From Hormiphora californensis (lineage: Eukaryota; Animalia; Ctenophora), in assembly GCA_020137815.1 (NCBI GenBank), contig CM035350.1, positions 9,176,001 to 9,240,000 of the forward strand: a DNA stretch of 64,000 nucleotides, given 5' to 3'. The notes below the pieces were generated by a model. The model searched no databases and had not been told where the DNA came from. It worked only from the letters and a program-made list of their open reading frames with translations. Shown here piece by piece: positions 62,073 to 64,000 of the stretch (position 1 is the stretch's first letter; every line of letters starts with the position of its first letter). The translations under genes were made by a program, and so were the position numbers.

Positions 62073-64000
62073 TCAGCATCCTGCTACCTGAAGGTGGTGA
62101 AATGTGTGAGGGAGGGCGTTGACAGAGCTCGATCGCGGACGTGTATTTATAGAGCTGCACTGCTAGAGAGGGCAAGCAGTGGGAGTTTTTAGACACAAAA
62201 TATCAAAATCAGGATTGGAGTCGGAAAAAACAATAATTATAAGGGGAGGGGGGGGGGCAGACAAGTTTCAGTATACGGCTGATTATTTTATAACCTACCC
62301 GTGTTGTCTGTTGGTGTGATGTTTTAGCACTCTGTTTCCCACCAGCCGGGGTAGTACTGCCCTCCCTAGTCTGACATTTGTTCATCATATCACTAGTTGG
62401 GACCTCCACATTCTCACACTCAGCGTCCCGTGCTCTGTAGTGATAATACACGCTGTGGAATTGAAAATGGGTACAAGGGTTCAGCAGACAGCCCGCAAAG
62501 AAATATGGGCAGTAACATGCATAGCGTTGACCACCAAAGAGGGCTATAAAACATGACTGTGACAGAAATAACACCCTGTACGAGTGTGACAGAAACGACA
62601 GTTGAACTTTCCCACGGTCCCACATTGCGCGCACTCGGGCTACGTGCGACGAGTGCTGACAACTGTGATAGCGGCGCGCACCGAACAGCACCCGCCTCCC
62701 ACACACAAGGGAAGAAGGCGGCACATTCAAACAACACACTTTTATTTACCTGATCAGTGCAAGTGCAACAGGCTGCACTTGAGCAATACCAAAACCAGTC
62801 ACTTCTTTCAGTTGTGTAGTCCAAGAGGGAGAGAGACCGAGGCTGTGACGGGAGGAGGCAATCGCTCCAGCGGCTACCAGACTTGGGGGCAGCTGGGCGA
62901 AGGCGAAATCTGAAAATCGAATCATTGATTGTGTGTGGGCGGGGGGGGGGGGTGTGTGACTTGTTGTGACATGAGGAGAGTAGGAGAGTTAGATAGAAAA
63001 AGAGGGAAGTGGGGACAATGTGATATTCTGTGAGAGAGAGATAACACACCTTGGAGCGATATGTCCAGAAAATATTTGCAGTATTTTGCAATGTACTTCA
63101 TTATTTTTGTCTCCATGTTGCTTGTCACCTGAGGAGGGCCTTTTTAGTACACTCTCACATTAAAATTAACTAGTGTACGGCATCAATTCCTGTAGTTAGT
63201 CAAGTTGACACCAACTACTGCATATTATGCGAATGTGCGGTATTTGGAAACTTGCCAGATGTCAAAATGTGGGAAAGAACCTCACATGGGGCTTCTTATA
63301 GGAGTGTATGTAATATGAAACTACAAATATAAATTTAACAGCTATATTTCCCCTGGGGCTAGACCAGATGGCTCTCTTAACGTTAAAAGCATTGTCAATT
63401 GTGTCTTCACTCAATTACTACTCTCTCTATTCCTACTCTCTCTTTATCCTTGTAACTATTCATAAATCACCCGACCCTATACTAAAATCCCTTACCTTTT
63501 CACCGTTAAGAATATCATTAGGAGAGAGGGCAGCCATCTTGTAGTATTCAATATAGTGGGCTGAGGTGGGTAGCACTAGGTTCCAACAGAAGAACTCTAA
63601 TAACAATAACTCCATCTGCCTGAATTCTTTAGTAAGGAATGCGTTCTGAACAAAATAGTTGAGAGTCTGGATCCGTGGTATCTTCATATCACTCTCCTCA
63701 AATTTTGCTGCAAAGGAGGTTCAATTGTTAGCATTGTGGAGGATCGATTGGTTACAGAGAGACGTTCTTTTGTTGTGGTTTATATTAGTAAGATTTTATG
63801 CTTTTTTATGAATTCAGATCATATCAGCTCAGATCGTGTTCAACTACCGCGGTTATACCTGCAATTAGAAGGCAGCAAAGTGCAATAAGATGAAGTTGTG
63901 CATCCTCAATACTGTACTTGTCCATAAAGTGGTCTAGACACATGATGGCAAGGTGCAGGGTCTCTGTGGTTATCTCACACCTCTCACATATCGTGGCTAC
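62073..64000 (-). CDS. CCNJ: Cyclin J, 5' end off window
   Basis: Exons read LHLAIMCLDHFMDKYSIEDAQLHLIALCCLLIA|AKFEESDMKIPRI..MELLLLEFFCWNLVLPTSAHYIEYY, YFLDISLQ|DFAFAQLPPSLVAAGAIASSR..LSPSWT. The last exon (~62162-62073) is less certain. Confidence 0.9.

Noticed and set aside
61177-62091. 304-aa Leu/Ser-rich ORF and overlapping RE-rich ORFs
   Set aside because: Degenerate (CT)n/(AG)n sequence downstream of the CCNJ stop; no domain signal.

Overview
Compact, intron-containing animal genomic DNA, not prokaryotic. It is most likely a ctenophore (Pleurobrachia-like); this is inferred from gene style and from my recollection of a short interspersed MITE, not from a search. The window holds the 5' end of a CR1/L2-type LINE and about 18 spliced or single-exon genes. 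These are POLK, a CUSTOS-like gene, a GAL3ST sulfotransferase, ACBP, an F-box/WD40 gene, then a nine-gene same-strand run (MEPCE, POLR2C, ELOF1, MED30, AUP1, plant-type FKBP12, GTSF1-like, LIPT1, WDR46), a small novel secreted protein, a CUB-EGF protein, a frameshifted class A GPCR and CCNJ. Nested foldback/MITE clusters and many tandem repeats lie between and within the genes. Four observations stand out. (1) Tandem duplications repeatedly copy splice sites together with exon starts: 47 acceptor copies in one WDR46 intron and 7 in the secreted-protein gene, each decoy ending in an in-frame stop. (2) Nearly every start codon is preceded by an unpaired TAG acceptor, whereas cis introns use mostly CAG, consistent with SL trans-spliced operons, including a Pol II-machinery block. 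(3) About 4 kb of nested hairpin elements sit inside that run. (4) An apparent minisatellite may be a frameshift-corrupted coding repeat (YPVPERIV). Exon coordinates were traced by hand and may be off by a few bases.
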